This document shows, one piece after another, positions 27,701-39,840 of a DNA stretch of 64,000 bases. The stretch comes from Azolla caroliniana (lineage: Eukaryota > Plantae > Polypodiophyta): assembly GCA_043228905.1 (NCBI GenBank), contig JBHGNT010000001.1, positions 20,708,001 through 20,772,000 on the forward strand, given 5' to 3'. The translations under genes and the position numbers were made by a program. The notes beneath the pieces were generated by a model that saw only the letters and a program-made list of their open reading frames with translations, had not been told where the DNA came from and made no database searches. How positions within the stretch are numbered: position 1 is the first letter of the stretch; each line of letters opens with the position of its first letter.

Positions 27701-28556
27701 ATCTGATTCAAATGGAATTAAGCACTCACGCCGAGGTCCAGTTCTCTTCTTATCCGAGGGTGGAGGAGGAAGCGTGAAACCATGGCAAAGATGATCTGGA
27801 GGAAGAGGTTGATCTGAACTCATATATGAAGATTTGGTCGTATTCTTATGATCATCCAATCTTGGATTATGTATGAAACGCATAGTATTAGCTCTCAAAG
27901 TGATCTCTTCTGAAAGCCGGGAGGATTGATTCCCTATTCTATCACTACTATTTGCATCAGAATGTAAGCTTCTGATCCTTTCCACATTTATGAGCTCCAA
28001 TACAGTTTCTTTCTCTGCATACATTGAGGAGATTGACTAAGATATCGATATGGTGAATAGACGATAACCCACATTGAGAATACAGGAACAAAGCGAGAGG
28101 AGCAAGAGAGATACAAACATAGAGAAACAGAGAATAAACCATATCTCACATCCATAGAGTTCAAATAAAGAGAATGAAATAGAGGAAACATCATAGTCCA
28201 AGTAAACAATGTCCAAATAGAGAGCCCGCATCGAGAATTCCAAAATAGAGGGAGAGAAAGAAAACCATCGCCCATATCCACAAATGTTCAGAAGAAAAAG
28301 AGAAAACCAGAAGTGAAAAAAGATAGACCAACATACCTGAGCGTGTGGTAAAGTGGATAGAAACTCTGCTGGCGATGTTGATGAGCATTACGAAGGAAAA
28401 TACGCAGATGAGTGCGGCAGAGAGCATCCCCGCACTTCTTCTGGTAGAAAAAACTCTGTGGGGCCGGAAGGAGAAGCAAGAAAACTCTGAAGGTTTGGTC
28501 TGATGAATCTTTCTTAAACCTAATGAAGATGCAGAAGATGTTGTTGTTGTTGTTGA

Positions 28557-28590
<34 letters not shown>

Positions 28591-28748
28591 GGTGGTGGTG
28601 GTGATGGTAGTGGTGGTGGTAGTGGTAGCGGTAGCGGTAGTAATGGTGGTGGTGGTGATGAAGAAGAAGAAGACGGTTGCCATGAGAGAGCAGAGATACT
28701 AGAGTTGCTAGAAGAGCGAGGAAGCAAAGTTACGCTTAAGGACGCCAT
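21764..28748 (-). CDS. DUF616 (TOD1/MUCI70-type) glycosyltransferase, probable hexosyltransferase, 9 exons, 637 aa. Exons: 28748-28337, 28014-27730, 27151-26932, 26466-26357, 26279-26080, 25435-25332, 23220-23033, 22267-22068, 21958-21764
   Basis: All introns are GT..AG with consistent phases; total 1914 nt. Conserved motifs 'KKRTGPRPCPVCYLP', 'VVASAIFGNYD', 'RRNGKIPKLLLHRLFP', 'DVPEGCVIIREH' and 'VDRFTSRDQLSF'. An N-terminal transmembrane segment indicates a type II membrane protein. Confidence 0.93.
22670..22962. mobile_element. hAT-type MITE in intron 7
   Basis: TIRs TAACAATTGGCAAC / GTTGCCGATTGTTA; 8-bp TSD GTCAAGAC at 22662-22669 and 22963-22970; subterminal AACCG/CGGTT repeats. Confidence 0.9.
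23938..24058. repeat. Compound (TA)/(GTAT) microsatellite in intron 6
   Basis: Low-complexity TA/TATG tract visible directly. Confidence 0.8.
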
Positions 28749-29275
28749 AGCTACTATTAGGGTTTCTATAAATGGGTTCAGAAAGATTGGAATTAAGAAG
28801 AGAAAGTAGGTCTTTTATTATTTCTAAGCTCCGTGATGATACTTTCTGCTGCTGCTTTTCTTTTCTGATGATGATGATGATGATGATGATTGGGTTGTGG
28901 AGAGAGGAGGGGGAGGGGGAGGGGACTACACAAAAAGAAAAAGAAGAAGAAGAAGAAAAAAAAAAAAACTAAAGCTATGTGTGTGCAGGCAGAGAAGAGA
29001 GATGTTACGTAAAACCGAGATCTATGAAGAAGAAGAAGAAGAAGAAGCAGCTTTTTCCTCGCTGCTACTCTTGCTCTTGCTCTACTGCCACTATGTATGT
29101 ACATATGTATTTGTGTGTGTGTGTGTGTGTGTAACTTTCTACATTCCACACAAGCTGAAGCACGCACGCAACAGTAAGGAAGAAGGGATTTGGAAGGTAT
29201 GTGGTTCCATCCATCCATCCATCCACCCATCCATGGGCATTGGGATGGGATGGGTTGGGTTGGGATGACCCATCC
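28538..29275. repeat. Microsatellite cluster in exon 1 and the 5' region: (GTT), (GAT), (GGT), (GAA), (GT), (CCAT)
   Basis: Triplet runs encode poly-Thr/Ser/Pro in exon 1; further SSRs lie upstream of the ATG. Confidence 0.85.
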
Positions 29276-32200
29276 TCCCTATGCTATCTATGTATGCTAT
29301 GTTATTGTACTTGTGCACACTTCACTCACTTCTGTTTGCAATGAATTGTGGGCATCACGATTCGGTGATCGACATGTGATCCATTACTACTATGCACATC
29401 TCAATCATCTCCGCGTCCTTTGAACCAAATGTGTGCCTACTACTCTAGGGTTTGCTTGTGATTCCTTGACTCATTTGTGTGCATTGAGGCTTCGTTACAA
29501 TCATTCAATCAACGATGTGTTGGTCGAGGTTTGGTTATGATAGATAGATAGATTATTGTAGTGTATTGTAGTGTGGTGTGGTGTGGTGTGGTGTGTGGGT
29601 AAAATCAAATGATCAAAGTGCATCTCGCAAGTTCAATCGTTGTTGTGTTGTTCAATATGTGCAAATCAGGCTTTGGTCGCCATCAATTGAAAGGTGCATG
29701 ACAACGTTTTTACTTTTATTGTATTTGACTCATCAATTTAGACTACGACAAGTCTTCGAGTGCAATCTCTTGATTGGGTTGTATGTGCAATGAGGTCCAC
29801 CTTTAAATATATCAATCTATTCGTACACAAATAGGTTCGATCACAAACAACATTTATTTATGTGTTGACACAATTTCATTGCAACCAATCGTTCTACCAA
29901 AGTGTGTGTTCAACGAAGTTCTATTGCGATTGATTGTTCGATCAATATGTATGCGCACTAATGTTCAGTCGTGACCAAATGTGCACCATGCCTCAATTAA
30001 GATTGCTTAATCAAATGTTTATATGAAAAAGATCTATTTTTTATTGAGCAATCAATGTGTGCTCACCGAGTTTACATTCATAGGTCGATCAATGTGGGTG
30101 CACTAAGGTTCGCCAAGTGATTAATAATGTAATAGGGCTCATTTGAGATATCTTTGATCATGTATTGGCAATAAGATTCCATTTTGATTTGTTAATCAAT
30201 TTATACTACATTGTTGCGCACACATAAATTGATCACATGTGAATGTTGTTATACACACATCAACCACAAAAATAAACCTAAAAGGTGTGTAATCCTATAA
30301 TAATGTCTAGCAACCGAACCCTAACACTCTATGATATTGCTGATGGGGTTCGCTGTTAATGCATAGATAGCCAAATGAGCCTAAATTATAACTAGGACCA
30401 ACGGGGCTACATTATAGTCATGTTCAAAAAAACACTAATACATGTTTTACGGTAAAGTTATAAAACGTATGCTTGTGTGTTGTGAACCCAAAGGGTTAAA
30501 AATCATATTATTAATCATTCCCAAGACATTATATGTAGTTCAAAAGAAACAAACATTAGTTATGAAGAGCACATTTATGTCTTTTTTGGGCTTTGCATGC
30601 ATATTGAACTACAATTTTGAGAATTTGCTTGCAATGAATGATAAATATTGTTCCTTACTTTGTCATAACAATTTTGCCATACATGAGTGTTGCAAATGTT
30701 TCTAGGCGCATTCTATATGATTTCCCTTTCAACATGGGGCTCATGATTAACATATTACAACGTAAGGAGAGCACACATCCATAAAACTTGCAGGCCCATT
30801 GTTCTTTAGCCATGTAGATCAATAATTTACGCTCTACTAGTGCATTGCCATTTCATTTGCATTATGTGCCGAAAGTTTTGAAAACATAAATCTGCACCAT
30901 ACCTTGTTGAATTTTCTCTTATTATTTAGACCGTAAAAATGAGCTCAATCAACTACCAAGTGTAAACACTAATATAATCTTGATTAAAATTTCATTTGAT
31001 TTCGATTTTAACATTTTTTATTGCATGAGTGCTCACATAATTATCAATCTCAAAGTGAACCTGTTGCTATTTTCCCACCATTTGCCACAAACCTATTCCC
31101 TATTATTCGTTTGTTTTTGAGTCTCAATAAATTTAAAAAGAATACATAGTGTTAGAACCACATTTTCAAAGACTTGTACATAGACAGAGCTAGATTATTA
31201 AACAATCATGTTTGAAGCTCCTTCCCACAAAAATTCTTCTTACCAAGGTTTTTTTTTGCATTTCTGTTATTCAGGGCTTGATGATGTGTAATGAAATGCT
31301 AATAAACTAATTCAAGCCAAGTTGTGCATTTAAAGCAGAAATTGATAGAAAGGCTAGGATGCCTTCATTTTAGTATATCCTTTGGCTCCACGACATTACA
31401 TTACAAAGTACAATAATTGTAACTTTTGAAGTAATTGTTCGTACTTTTTTTTTTGTTCTAGAGAAGGATGATATGAAAATGGTTAGTTTTGAGTCACATG
31501 GCAGACACATTGTTTTTTAAATTACATTATTTACTCTCACAGTCTAGATGTGAAAAATATGTTCCTTTGAAATGTATAACAATATTTATTTAGATCCTAA
31601 AACCACATAACCTAGCTTAAAGTTCGGTTTACTTGCTTCTACACTATTTTTATTTTGTTTTGTTCTTTTTATTGTCTAAATCTCCATTTTCAACTACGTT
31701 ATTCTTTATTTTTAAAGAAGGCTCTCCCTTTTCCCATATGGTTTTTATTTATAGAGAGGACAATGTGAATTAGCCTTTTTTGCTAGCATCACTTGTTAAA
31801 GGGTGTTCATATCATTCCTAATGCTCGTGTTGTAGAAAATATGTTAATGTCAATGTCAACATCAACGCAATGCAACTTTGCACGAAACTCATCATTGACG
31901 ATATATCCTATCATTTTCTATCCATCAATGTCCATATTGTAAAGCGGTTTTATTAGGATAGGTTGTTAGTTTTGATGACCTCAAATGAAAAAAAATATGA
32001 AAAGTTTTGATAGAGAGCGTATTCTTATTGCCTTTTAATAGGCTAAGTTAGTATTGTGCAAATCGTCTTAATTTCAATATTGCAATATATGCTTTAGGGG
32101 CAAAATGTTTGTGTGCATGATCTTAGACTATTTGATAAAAAAATTCTCAAAGACAAATCCATTGGTTATAGACACATGACAAAGATTTCTTGATCATATG

Positions 32201-32899
32201 ATGAGTAGGAGCATATCAATTTTGGAAGGAACAAGGATATGAATTGAATATTACAATTCCTATAGCGTGAGATAAACTGTTAAGTGTGTTATTAACTTGA
32301 TTAGAGCATAAGGTTTCTACCCCACGAGTTACCTTCTTATCATGCACACTTGACTTACGTTAAGAGTATGTTAGTGTGGATATGGCTCTTGTTAACTAAG
32401 CTTGTGCAATTCTCATGAAACCTAAGTTATGACCCACATCAACCTTTTGATGGTATTGGACATTGAGGAGGTTCGGGTTCATCTCACGTCATTGTTAGGG
32501 GGTGATTAGGTAGTATTGCATCCCTCTTTCCTTTCTTTGTCCTATAATTCATCATGTTTTGCATAAATAATTAGTTAGACTCTATCATTGATGTTATATG
32601 ATTTGGTTAAAAAACAAGGCATTACGTGCCAAAGCACAATGTGAAAGAGTCGCTTGTAAAAAAACGCATTTATATGAGAACCATCAATATTTGGTGACAC
32701 ATTTCCAATTATTTGGAGTTAAAATATTTATGTATGAACATGATGGTGTGGTAGGAGAGCTTGTGACCATTGCTAACTTGCTTAGAGGGAATGGAACCAC
32801 TAATGGGCTGCATAGTTATAGGGTTGTCCAACCAAACAACTCCTATTTTGGCTGGACTTAGTCGTTTAACTCTTCTTCTAACTGACTAAGGACTTCAAA

Positions 32900-33487
32900 T
32901 TTGTTCGATAGACTTGGGCTATTAGTACTATTAGGACTATCAGACACTCCTACTAAAATAGACTTGGGTTTAGTACTATTAGTACTAGCGGCTATTTGAT
33001 TTACTTGTCTTCTTGGTCTATGAGGACAATTCACTAAAATATGTCTCGGTCCACCACAATAAAGACATAGTCAATTTGCTCGGCGCCGTTGCTTTTCCTC
33101 TTCCGATAATGGTTCGTGACGACGTTTGGTGTCGATTTCCATCGGAGTTGGAGTATTTGCTGGAGATGCATTATATGACTCTCTTGGAAAAGGATTTGCT
33201 ATAATTGAGGCGTAGGTGGGCTCTGATCTTGTCCTTGGCATCTGGAACTGACGTTCCGAACGTTGTTTGAAAAGGCGGTTATCGCATCGTACCGCTTGAC
33301 TGATTGCTTTTGTGAGCGACTTTGGTTCTTCAGGGAAGGTCAAGAGTAAATCCTTGACATCATTACGTAGGCGCGAAATTGCTCCATCAATGCTTGGTTA
33401 TCCCAGGGAATATCGGTGGCGAGAAGATGGAAATCCGCGGCATAAGTTGAGGCCGGCCAACCACCTTGATGCAGTCTTTGGATTTTG
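32900..33487 (-). mobile_element. Chromovirus-type gag, 3' part with zinc knuckle; split by the intact Copia
   Basis: 'AISQAVRCDNRL...PTPMEID...EEKQRRRAN*LCLYCGGPRHILVNCP' (CX2CX4HX4C). Confidence 0.85.
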
Positions 33488-36400
33488 TGTTGGGATTTCG
33501 GTCCCTCCGGATGGGATGTCCGGATGATGAAGACCCCGGTTACGGAGCCGGATGAAGAGTACCCGGATACGGATCCGGATGATGAAGACCCCGGTTACGG
33601 AGCCGGATGAAGAGTACCCGGATACGGATCCGGATGATGAAGACCCCGGTTACGGAGCCGGATGAAGAGTACCCGGATACGGATCCGGATGATGAAGACC
33701 CCGGTTACGGAGCCGGATGACGAATGTACCCGGAGAGAGATTCGGATGCGGGGACATATTTGTGAATATGTTTGCTAAGAGCCCTTGTGGCTATATTTGT
33801 AAATAGCCCGAAAGTCATATATGTATAAATATGACTTAGGGCAAACAGTTTATGTTGTTGCTCATTCTTCCCATGCGAAGTGAGAGCAGCCGAGAGAGAG
33901 AGAGAGATAGAGCGCGAGAGAGACGAAGAGGTAGACGCCTCTGTGTACTTCCGCCGCCTGTGGCGAGGACAGCGAGCTCAAGGTCGTTGCCTTGCAGCTC
34001 GCCATTGTATATTTCTCTGTGCATAGTTTGGTTCGGAGTCTCGCACTCCCGTGGTTTTTCCCGTATAGGGTTTTCCACGTTAATCCCTGTGTATCGCGTC
34101 TTTCTCTGTATTTCCTATTTTCTGCTACATTGATCCGCGATTAATCGGTTGTGGCCGAGTGAAGAAGGTGAATCCAAGAGGTGATTCCTTTCAAACTGGT
34201 ATCAGAGCGAGGTTGCGGAAAATGGAAGGCGGCGGCAGCGGGCAGCCGATGATGATGGTGCTGAATGCACAGAATTACGCCGACTGGAAGATCAAGATGG
34301 AGGATCTTCTGATTGTTCGGGACCTGTACGAACCGATTGACAGGTCGGAAATACCGAAGGGAGTACTTGAGTCGGAGTGGAAGCTCCTGAACCGGAAAGC
34401 AGTAGCGACGATCCGGCAATATGTCGATGTAAGTGTCCTGCAACATGTGGCGAACGATACGAACGCCTATGAGATGTGGAAGAAGCTGTCGGGCCTCTAT
34501 GAGAGGAAGAATGCGTTGAACCGGACCTCCCTGATGAGAAAGATAGTGAACCTCAAGTACCGGGACGGCGAGAGTATGGTGGAACACGTAAGCACGTTCA
34601 TGGGATTCGTGAACCAGCTTGCGGCGATCAAGTTCCCGTTGGAGGATGCAATGCAAGCCATCATCCTGATGTGTACATTGCCGGACAGCTGGGAGAACTT
34701 GGTGGTGACTCTCAGCACCTCCTGCACGGAAGACAACTTGTCCCTACAAACGGTAAAGACAAGTATTCTAAATGAAGAAGCGCGTCGGAGAGATAAAGAA
34801 CCGGCCTCCGACTCGAAGGCGCTGCTTGCCGAATCGGAACGGGGAAGACAATGGAACCGGAGTCCGCAAAGACGGGAGAAGTCGGGGACCCGGTCGCAGT
34901 CAAGAGGAAGACCCACATGCTTCCACTGTGGGAAGCCGGGGCACTTCCGGAAGAATTGTCGGCATTACCGAAAAGACAACGGAGCCGACGACACCGATTC
35001 GAAGAAATCACCGGAGAGAAACGGTGCATACCGGGGAGCCACGGACCGGAGAGGTCCGGATCGGCGAGGGCAGGACCGGAAAGGAACGACGGCACTCGCG
35101 GCAAGTGAAGAAGAGATAATGCTTATTACCGAAGAGAGGGAGCTGAACCTTGCCGGTGTAGAGATGACCTGGGTGGTCGATTCCGGAGCGTCGTTCCACC
35201 TGACCCCGGAGAAGAAATACTTCTCATCCTACACAGCCGGTGAGCACGGCTGTGTCCGGATGGGAAATGAAGGTACGTGCCGGATAGCCGGCATAGGAGA
35301 CGTGTGGCTGATGACATCAACCGGATGCAAGATGCTGCTGAAGGATGTGCGACACGTTCCGGAGGTCCGATTGAACCTGATCTCGGCCGGGAGGCTAGAT
35401 GATGAAGGCTACACGGGTAGCATCCGGAACGGCGTAATGAAGTTCAGCAAGGGGAGCCTGATAGTGGCTCGGGCCCGGAAGGTCAACACTCTGTACCTGA
35501 TGAATGCCCGGTTATGTCCGGAAGAGCTGAATGTAGCAGCCGACACTGCCGGTGAGCTGTGGCACAAAAGACTGTGCCACATGAGTGAGAAGGGGATGAA
35601 GAGGCTTGCAGAAGACAACCTTATTCCAGTGAAGCATGTGCACCTGGAGAAGTGCACCGACTGCCTGGCCGGTAAGCAAAACCGGACCTCCTTCCACTCA
35701 AGGCCACCGACGAGACGTAGCGCACCCTTGGAGCTGGTGCACACTGATGTGTGTCAGGTAGAAACGAAGTCACATGGCGGAGCCCAGTACTTCGTGACAT
35801 TCATTGATGATCACAGCCGGAAGCTGTGGACGGCACCGTTGAAGACAAAGGACCAAGTATTGTCCGTCTTCAAAGAACTCCACGCGAGAGTGGAAAGGGA
35901 ATCCGGCAAGAAGCTGAAAGCGATACGAGCGGATAACGGAGGGGAATACCGGGGGCAGTTCCAGGAGTACTGTCGCTCGAAGGGAATCCGACTCGAGTTT
36001 ACTGTGCCGAAGACGCCGGAACTGAACGGGCTGGCCGAGAGGATGAACCGGACCATAATGGAGAGGGTCCGGAGTATGCTGGCGCATGCGAAATTACCCA
36101 AGGGGTTTTGGGCTGAGGCAATGTCGACGGCGACATATGTGATAAACAGATCACCCTCAGTACCTTTGGACGGAGACACGCCGCAGAGAGTGTGGACCGG
36201 TAAGGAAGTATCCTACCGGCATCTGAAGGTGTTCGGGTGTCTCGCATACGTGCATGTGGCAAAGGACCGGAGAGGAAAGCTAGATCCAAAGACCCGGCCA
36301 TGCATATTCCTCGGTTACGGCGACGACGAGTTCGGCTACCGAGTATGGGACCCGGTCGACAAGAAGATATTCAGGAGTCGAGACATCATCTTCATGGAGG

Positions 36401-39069
36401 ACAAGACACTCGCCGACTGGGAGTCGGAGAAGAAGATGAAGAGCTCCAAGTCGACCGGTGAGGATCAACTCTACGAGGAGCAGTCCCGACCGGCAAGGGA
36501 CCGGTTAGCACTCGAGGACCCGGCCGAAGACGGTGAAGAAACAGAACCGGCCGAAGAAGATGAAAATGATACCGGAACCGGCCCCGATCCCGAAATGGAT
36601 TCGGATGAAGAAGAAGAATCGGAAGAACCGGTTACCGAAGCTCCCGAACGGAGATATCCTCTAAGAGAGAGGAGAGCCCCCCGGAGATTTCCGGAACCAG
36701 AGCACGTGCTGCTAACCGACGAGGGGGAGCCGGAGAGCTTTGAAGAAGCAAAGCATGACACCCAGAGCCGCAGGTGGTTGAGTGCCATGCAGGACGAGAT
36801 GGATTCCCTGCATGAGAACCACACATATGAACTTGTGGAGTTGCCGAAAGGAAAGCGGGCACTTCGAAACAAGTGGGTGTTCAAGCTGAAACCGGGAGAT
36901 GCCGGAAACCCCCCGAGATACAAAGCCAGGATCGTGGTGAAGGGGTTTCAGCAGAAGAAGGGCGTCGACTTCGACGAGATATTTGCCCCGGTAGTGAAGA
37001 TGACCTCCATCCGGACGGTGCTGAGCATAGCGGCAAGCATGGACCTCGAGGTAGAACAGATGGACGTGAAGACGGCATTCCTTCACGGTGACCTCGAAGA
37101 AGAGATCTACATGCAGCAACCGGAAGGATTCGAGAAGAAAGGGAAGGAGCACCTGGTATGCCGGTTGAAGAAGAGCCTTTACGGACTGAAGCAGGCTCCC
37201 CGGCAATGGTACCGGAAATTCGACTCCTTCATGACCGACGAAGGGTACCTCAAAACGCAGTCTGACCACTGCGTGTTTGTGAAGAAGTTCGAAGGAGGAG
37301 ACTTCCTAATACTCCTCCTGTACGTGGACGACATGTTGATCGTCGGACGGGACCAGGTCAAGATACGGATGCTGAAGAAGGCTCTTCACCGAACCTTCTC
37401 AATGAAGGACTTGGGTCCGGCGAGGCAAATACTAGGGATGCACATCATCCGGGACCGGAGCAAGAAGCAGTTGTGGCTGTCACAAGAGAAGTACGTGACA
37501 AAGGTGCTTCAACGGTTCAACATGTCGGAAGCAAGACCGGTCGGATCAACCCTACCGGCAAACTGCAAGTTGTCCAGCAAGCAAAGTCCCAAGACAAAGG
37601 CTGAAAAGGAGGATATGATGAAAGTGCCGTATGCCTCAGCTGTCGGGAGCCTGATGTACGCCATGGTGTGTACGAGACCGGACATCGGATACGCAGTCGG
37701 AGTGGTGAGCCGGTACATGAGCAATCCCGGCAAAGAGCATTGGAACGCGGTCAAGTGGATACTTCGATACCTGAAGGGCACGGCAAACGTGTGCCTCCGA
37801 TTCGGCTCCGGTAAGTCCGAACTCGACGGCTTCACCGATTCGGATATGTCGGCTGATGCAGATACCAGCCGGTCCACATCAGGGTATGTGATGACTTATG
37901 CAGGGGGAGCCGTTTCGTGGCAGTCGAGGCTGCAGAAGACGGTTGCGTTGTCAACCACGGAGGCGGAGTACATGGCAGCTGTTGAAGCCGGCAAGGAAAT
38001 AATATGGATGAAGGACTTCATTAGAGAGCTCGGGATCCGGCAGGAGGAGTACCGACTCTACTGCGATAGTCAGAGTGCCATCCACCTTGCAAAGAACGCG
38101 GCCTACCATTCCCGGACGAAACACATCCAGCGTAGATACCACTGGATCCGGGAAAGGATAGAAGACAAGGAGTTCGTGCTGACGAAGATCCACACGAACG
38201 AGAACGGGTCGGATATGCTGACCAAGGTGCTCACACCCGACAAGCTGGAAGCATGCCGGAAGAGGATCGGGTTGGAGAGACATCCCATGCCGAAGTGAAG
38301 GGGGAGTTTGTTGGGATTTCGGTCCCTCCGGATGGGATGTCCGGATGATGAAGACCCCGGTTACGGAGCCGGATGAAGAGTACCCGGATACGGATCCGGA
38401 TGATGAAGACCCCGGTTACGGAGCCGGATGAAGAGTACCCGGATACGGATCCGGATGATGAAGACCCCGGTTACGGAGCCGGATGAAGAGTACCCGGATA
38501 CGGATCCGGATGATGAAGACCCCGGTTACGGAGCCGGATGAAGAGTACCCGGATACGGATCCGGATGATGAAGACCCCGGTTACGGAGCCGGATGACGAA
38601 TGTACCCGGAGAGAGATTCGGATGCGGGGACATATTTGTGAATATGTTTGCTAAGAGCCCTTGTGGCTATATTTGTAAATAGCCCGAAAGTCATATATGT
38701 ATAAATATGACTTAGGGCAAACAGTTTATGTTGTTGCTCATTCTTCCCATGCGAAGTGAGAGCAGCCGAGAGAGAGAGAGAGATAGAGCGCGAGAGAGAC
38801 GAAGAGGTAGACGCCTCTGTGTACTTCCGCCGCCTGTGGCGAGGACAGCGAGCTCAAGGTCGTTGCCTTGCAGCTCGCCATTGTATATTTCTCTGTGCAT
38901 AGTTTGGTTCGGAGTCTCGCACTCCCGTGGTTTTTCCCGTATAGGGTTTTCCACGTTAATCCCTGTGTATCGCGTCTTTCTCTGTATTTCCTATTTTCTG
39001 CTACATTGATCCGCGATTAATCGGTTGTGGCCGAGTGAAGAAGGTGAATCCAAGAGGTGATTCCTTTCA
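33488..39069 (+). mobile_element. Intact, very young Ty1/Copia LTR retrotransposon
   Basis: LTRs 33488-34193 and 38309-39069; TSD TTTTG at 33483-33487 and 39070-39074; Met PBS at 34197-34208; PPT GAAGGGGGAG at 38297-38306; uninterrupted gag-pol ORF. Confidence 0.99.
34222..38298 (+). CDS. Copia Gag-Pol polyprotein, 1358 aa from the first ATG after the PBS
   Basis: Zinc knuckle CFHCGKPGHFRKNC; protease VDSGASFH; integrase HHCC plus D,D35E core; RT LLYVDDML; RNase H 'DSQSAIHLAKN' and 'SDMLTK'. Confidence 0.97.
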   Translation: MEGGGSGQPMMMVLNAQNYADWKIKMEDLLIVRDLYEPIDRSEIPKGVLESEWKLLNRKAVATIRQYVDVSVLQHVANDTNAYEMWKKLSGLYERKNALNRTSLMRKIVNLKYRDGESMVEHVSTFMGFVNQLAAIKFPLEDAMQAIILMCTLPDSWENLVVTLSTSCTEDNLSLQTVKTSILNEEARRRDKEPASDSKALLAESERGRQWNRSPQRREKSGTRSQSRGRPTCFHCGKPGHFRKNCRHYRKDNGADDTDSKKSPERNGAYRGATDRRGPDRRGQDRKGTTALAASEEEIMLITEERELNLAGVEMTWVVDSGASFHLTPEKKYFSSYTAGEHGCVRMGNEGTCRIAGIGDVWLMTSTGCKMLLKDVRHVPEVRLNLISAGRLDDEGYTGSIRNGVMKFSKGSLIVARARKVNTLYLMNARLCPEELNVAADTAGELWHKRLCHMSEKGMKRLAEDNLIPVKHVHLEKCTDCLAGKQNRTSFHSRPPTRRSAPLELVHTDVCQVETKSHGGAQYFVTFIDDHSRKLWTAPLKTKDQVLSVFKELHARVERESGKKLKAIRADNGGEYRGQFQEYCRSKGIRLEFTVPKTPELNGLAERMNRTIMERVRSMLAHAKLPKGFWAEAMSTATYVINRSPSVPLDGDTPQRVWTGKEVSYRHLKVFGCLAYVHVAKDRRGKLDPKTRPCIFLGYGDDEFGYRVWDPVDKKIFRSRDIIFMEDKTLADWESEKKMKSSKSTGEDQLYEEQSRPARDRLALEDPAEDGEETEPAEEDENDTGTGPDPEMDSDEEEESEEPVTEAPERRYPLRERRAPRRFPEPEHVLLTDEGEPESFEEAKHDTQSRRWLSAMQDEMDSLHENHTYELVELPKGKRALRNKWVFKLKPGDAGNPPRYKARIVVKGFQQKKGVDFDEIFAPVVKMTSIRTVLSIAASMDLEVEQMDVKTAFLHGDLEEEIYMQQPEGFEKKGKEHLVCRLKKSLYGLKQAPRQWYRKFDSFMTDEGYLKTQSDHCVFVKKFEGGDFLILLLYVDDMLIVGRDQVKIRMLKKALHRTFSMKDLGPARQILGMHIIRDRSKKQLWLSQEKYVTKVLQRFNMSEARPVGSTLPANCKLSSKQSPKTKAEKEDMMKVPYASAVGSLMYAMVCTRPDIGYAVGVVSRYMSNPGKEHWNAVKWILRYLKGTANVCLRFGSGKSELDGFTDSDMSADADTSRSTSGYVMTYAGGAVSWQSRLQKTVALSTTEAEYMAAVEAGKEIIWMKDFIRELGIRQEEYRLYCDSQSAIHLAKNAAYHSRTKHIQRRYHWIRERIEDKEFVLTKIHTNENGSDMLTKVLTPDKLEACRKRIGLERHPMPK

Positions 39070-39074
39070 TTTTG

Positions 39075-39729
39075 TTGATTGCCGTCCTAACGCTATTGGT
39101 ATCTCCAAAACATGATTTAAACTCGTTAATAAGCTTTCAAAATTATTTATTAACAATGGAGAGCCCTTTTCTAACAAAGGGGCAAACCATGCCAGAGTTG
39201 TGCCACTAAGTAGTGTGCCTACTAGTCCCACTCATGATGCATCGGTGGGATATCGAGAAAGATGCATTTGAATCACCAAACGTACCTGATTAAGAAATCC
39301 TCTAAACTGTGATCGTGTTTCATCAAACTTCATAGGAAGACCGATCTTGGGTTCTTTGGGAGTCCCTACTAGTCCCACTCGTGATGCATCGGTGGGATAT
39401 TGAGAAAGATGCATTTGAATCACCAAACGTACCTGATTAAGAAATCCTCTAAACTGTGATCGCGTTCCATCAAACTTCATAGGAAGACCGATCTTGGGTT
39501 CTTTGGGAGTCCCTTGAGTGCTTGATCCCTGTTGTTGTCGTGACACAATAGTTGCTTCAAGTTGTTGCACACGTAACGTCATCTCCCCATGTTGTTGTTT
39601 TTCTAGAGCTATTTGTTGAAGATCCCCTAACAAACGTTGATTTTCTTGTTCTAGTGATACAAACTTCTCTTTTAAGCACTGGAACTCCGAGAAAATGGAT
39701 TGGTGTGATTGAGCGCTAACAATTGCCAT
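39075..39729 (-). mobile_element. Chromovirus-type gag, 5' part, with a 147-bp internal tandem duplication
   Basis: 'PKEPKIGLPMKFDGTRSQFRGFLNQVRL...YPTDAS' occurs twice; it joins 32900-33487 across the TSD. Confidence 0.87.
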
Positions 39730-39840
39730 TTAGTAGGAAGGATACGAGGATTATTATGAAGGGAAGGAGGGATAAGGGGATTATTATGATAGTTTGAACC
39801 GAATTACTCTATCTTCTTACTCCTCCCTCCCTACAATACT

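Noticed and set aside
28772-29423. ORFs upstream of the host gene
   Set aside because: Translations are microsatellite homopolymer runs with no protein signature.
29800-32850. Short ORFs in the AT-rich intergenic region
   Set aside because: No motifs, splice-consistent structure or terminal repeats were recognised.
33520-33720. 55-bp repeats as a CRISPR-like array
   Set aside because: The units are contiguous and identical with no unique spacers, and they lie in the U3 of a Copia LTR.
34159-34221. GTG start given by the ORF track for the polyprotein
   Set aside because: It lies in the LTR/PBS; the first ATG after the PBS (34222) is the plausible start.
34141-38288. Many antisense and alternate-frame ORFs over the Copia polyprotein
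   Set aside because: Expected shadow ORFs in GC-rich coding sequence; no recognisable domains.
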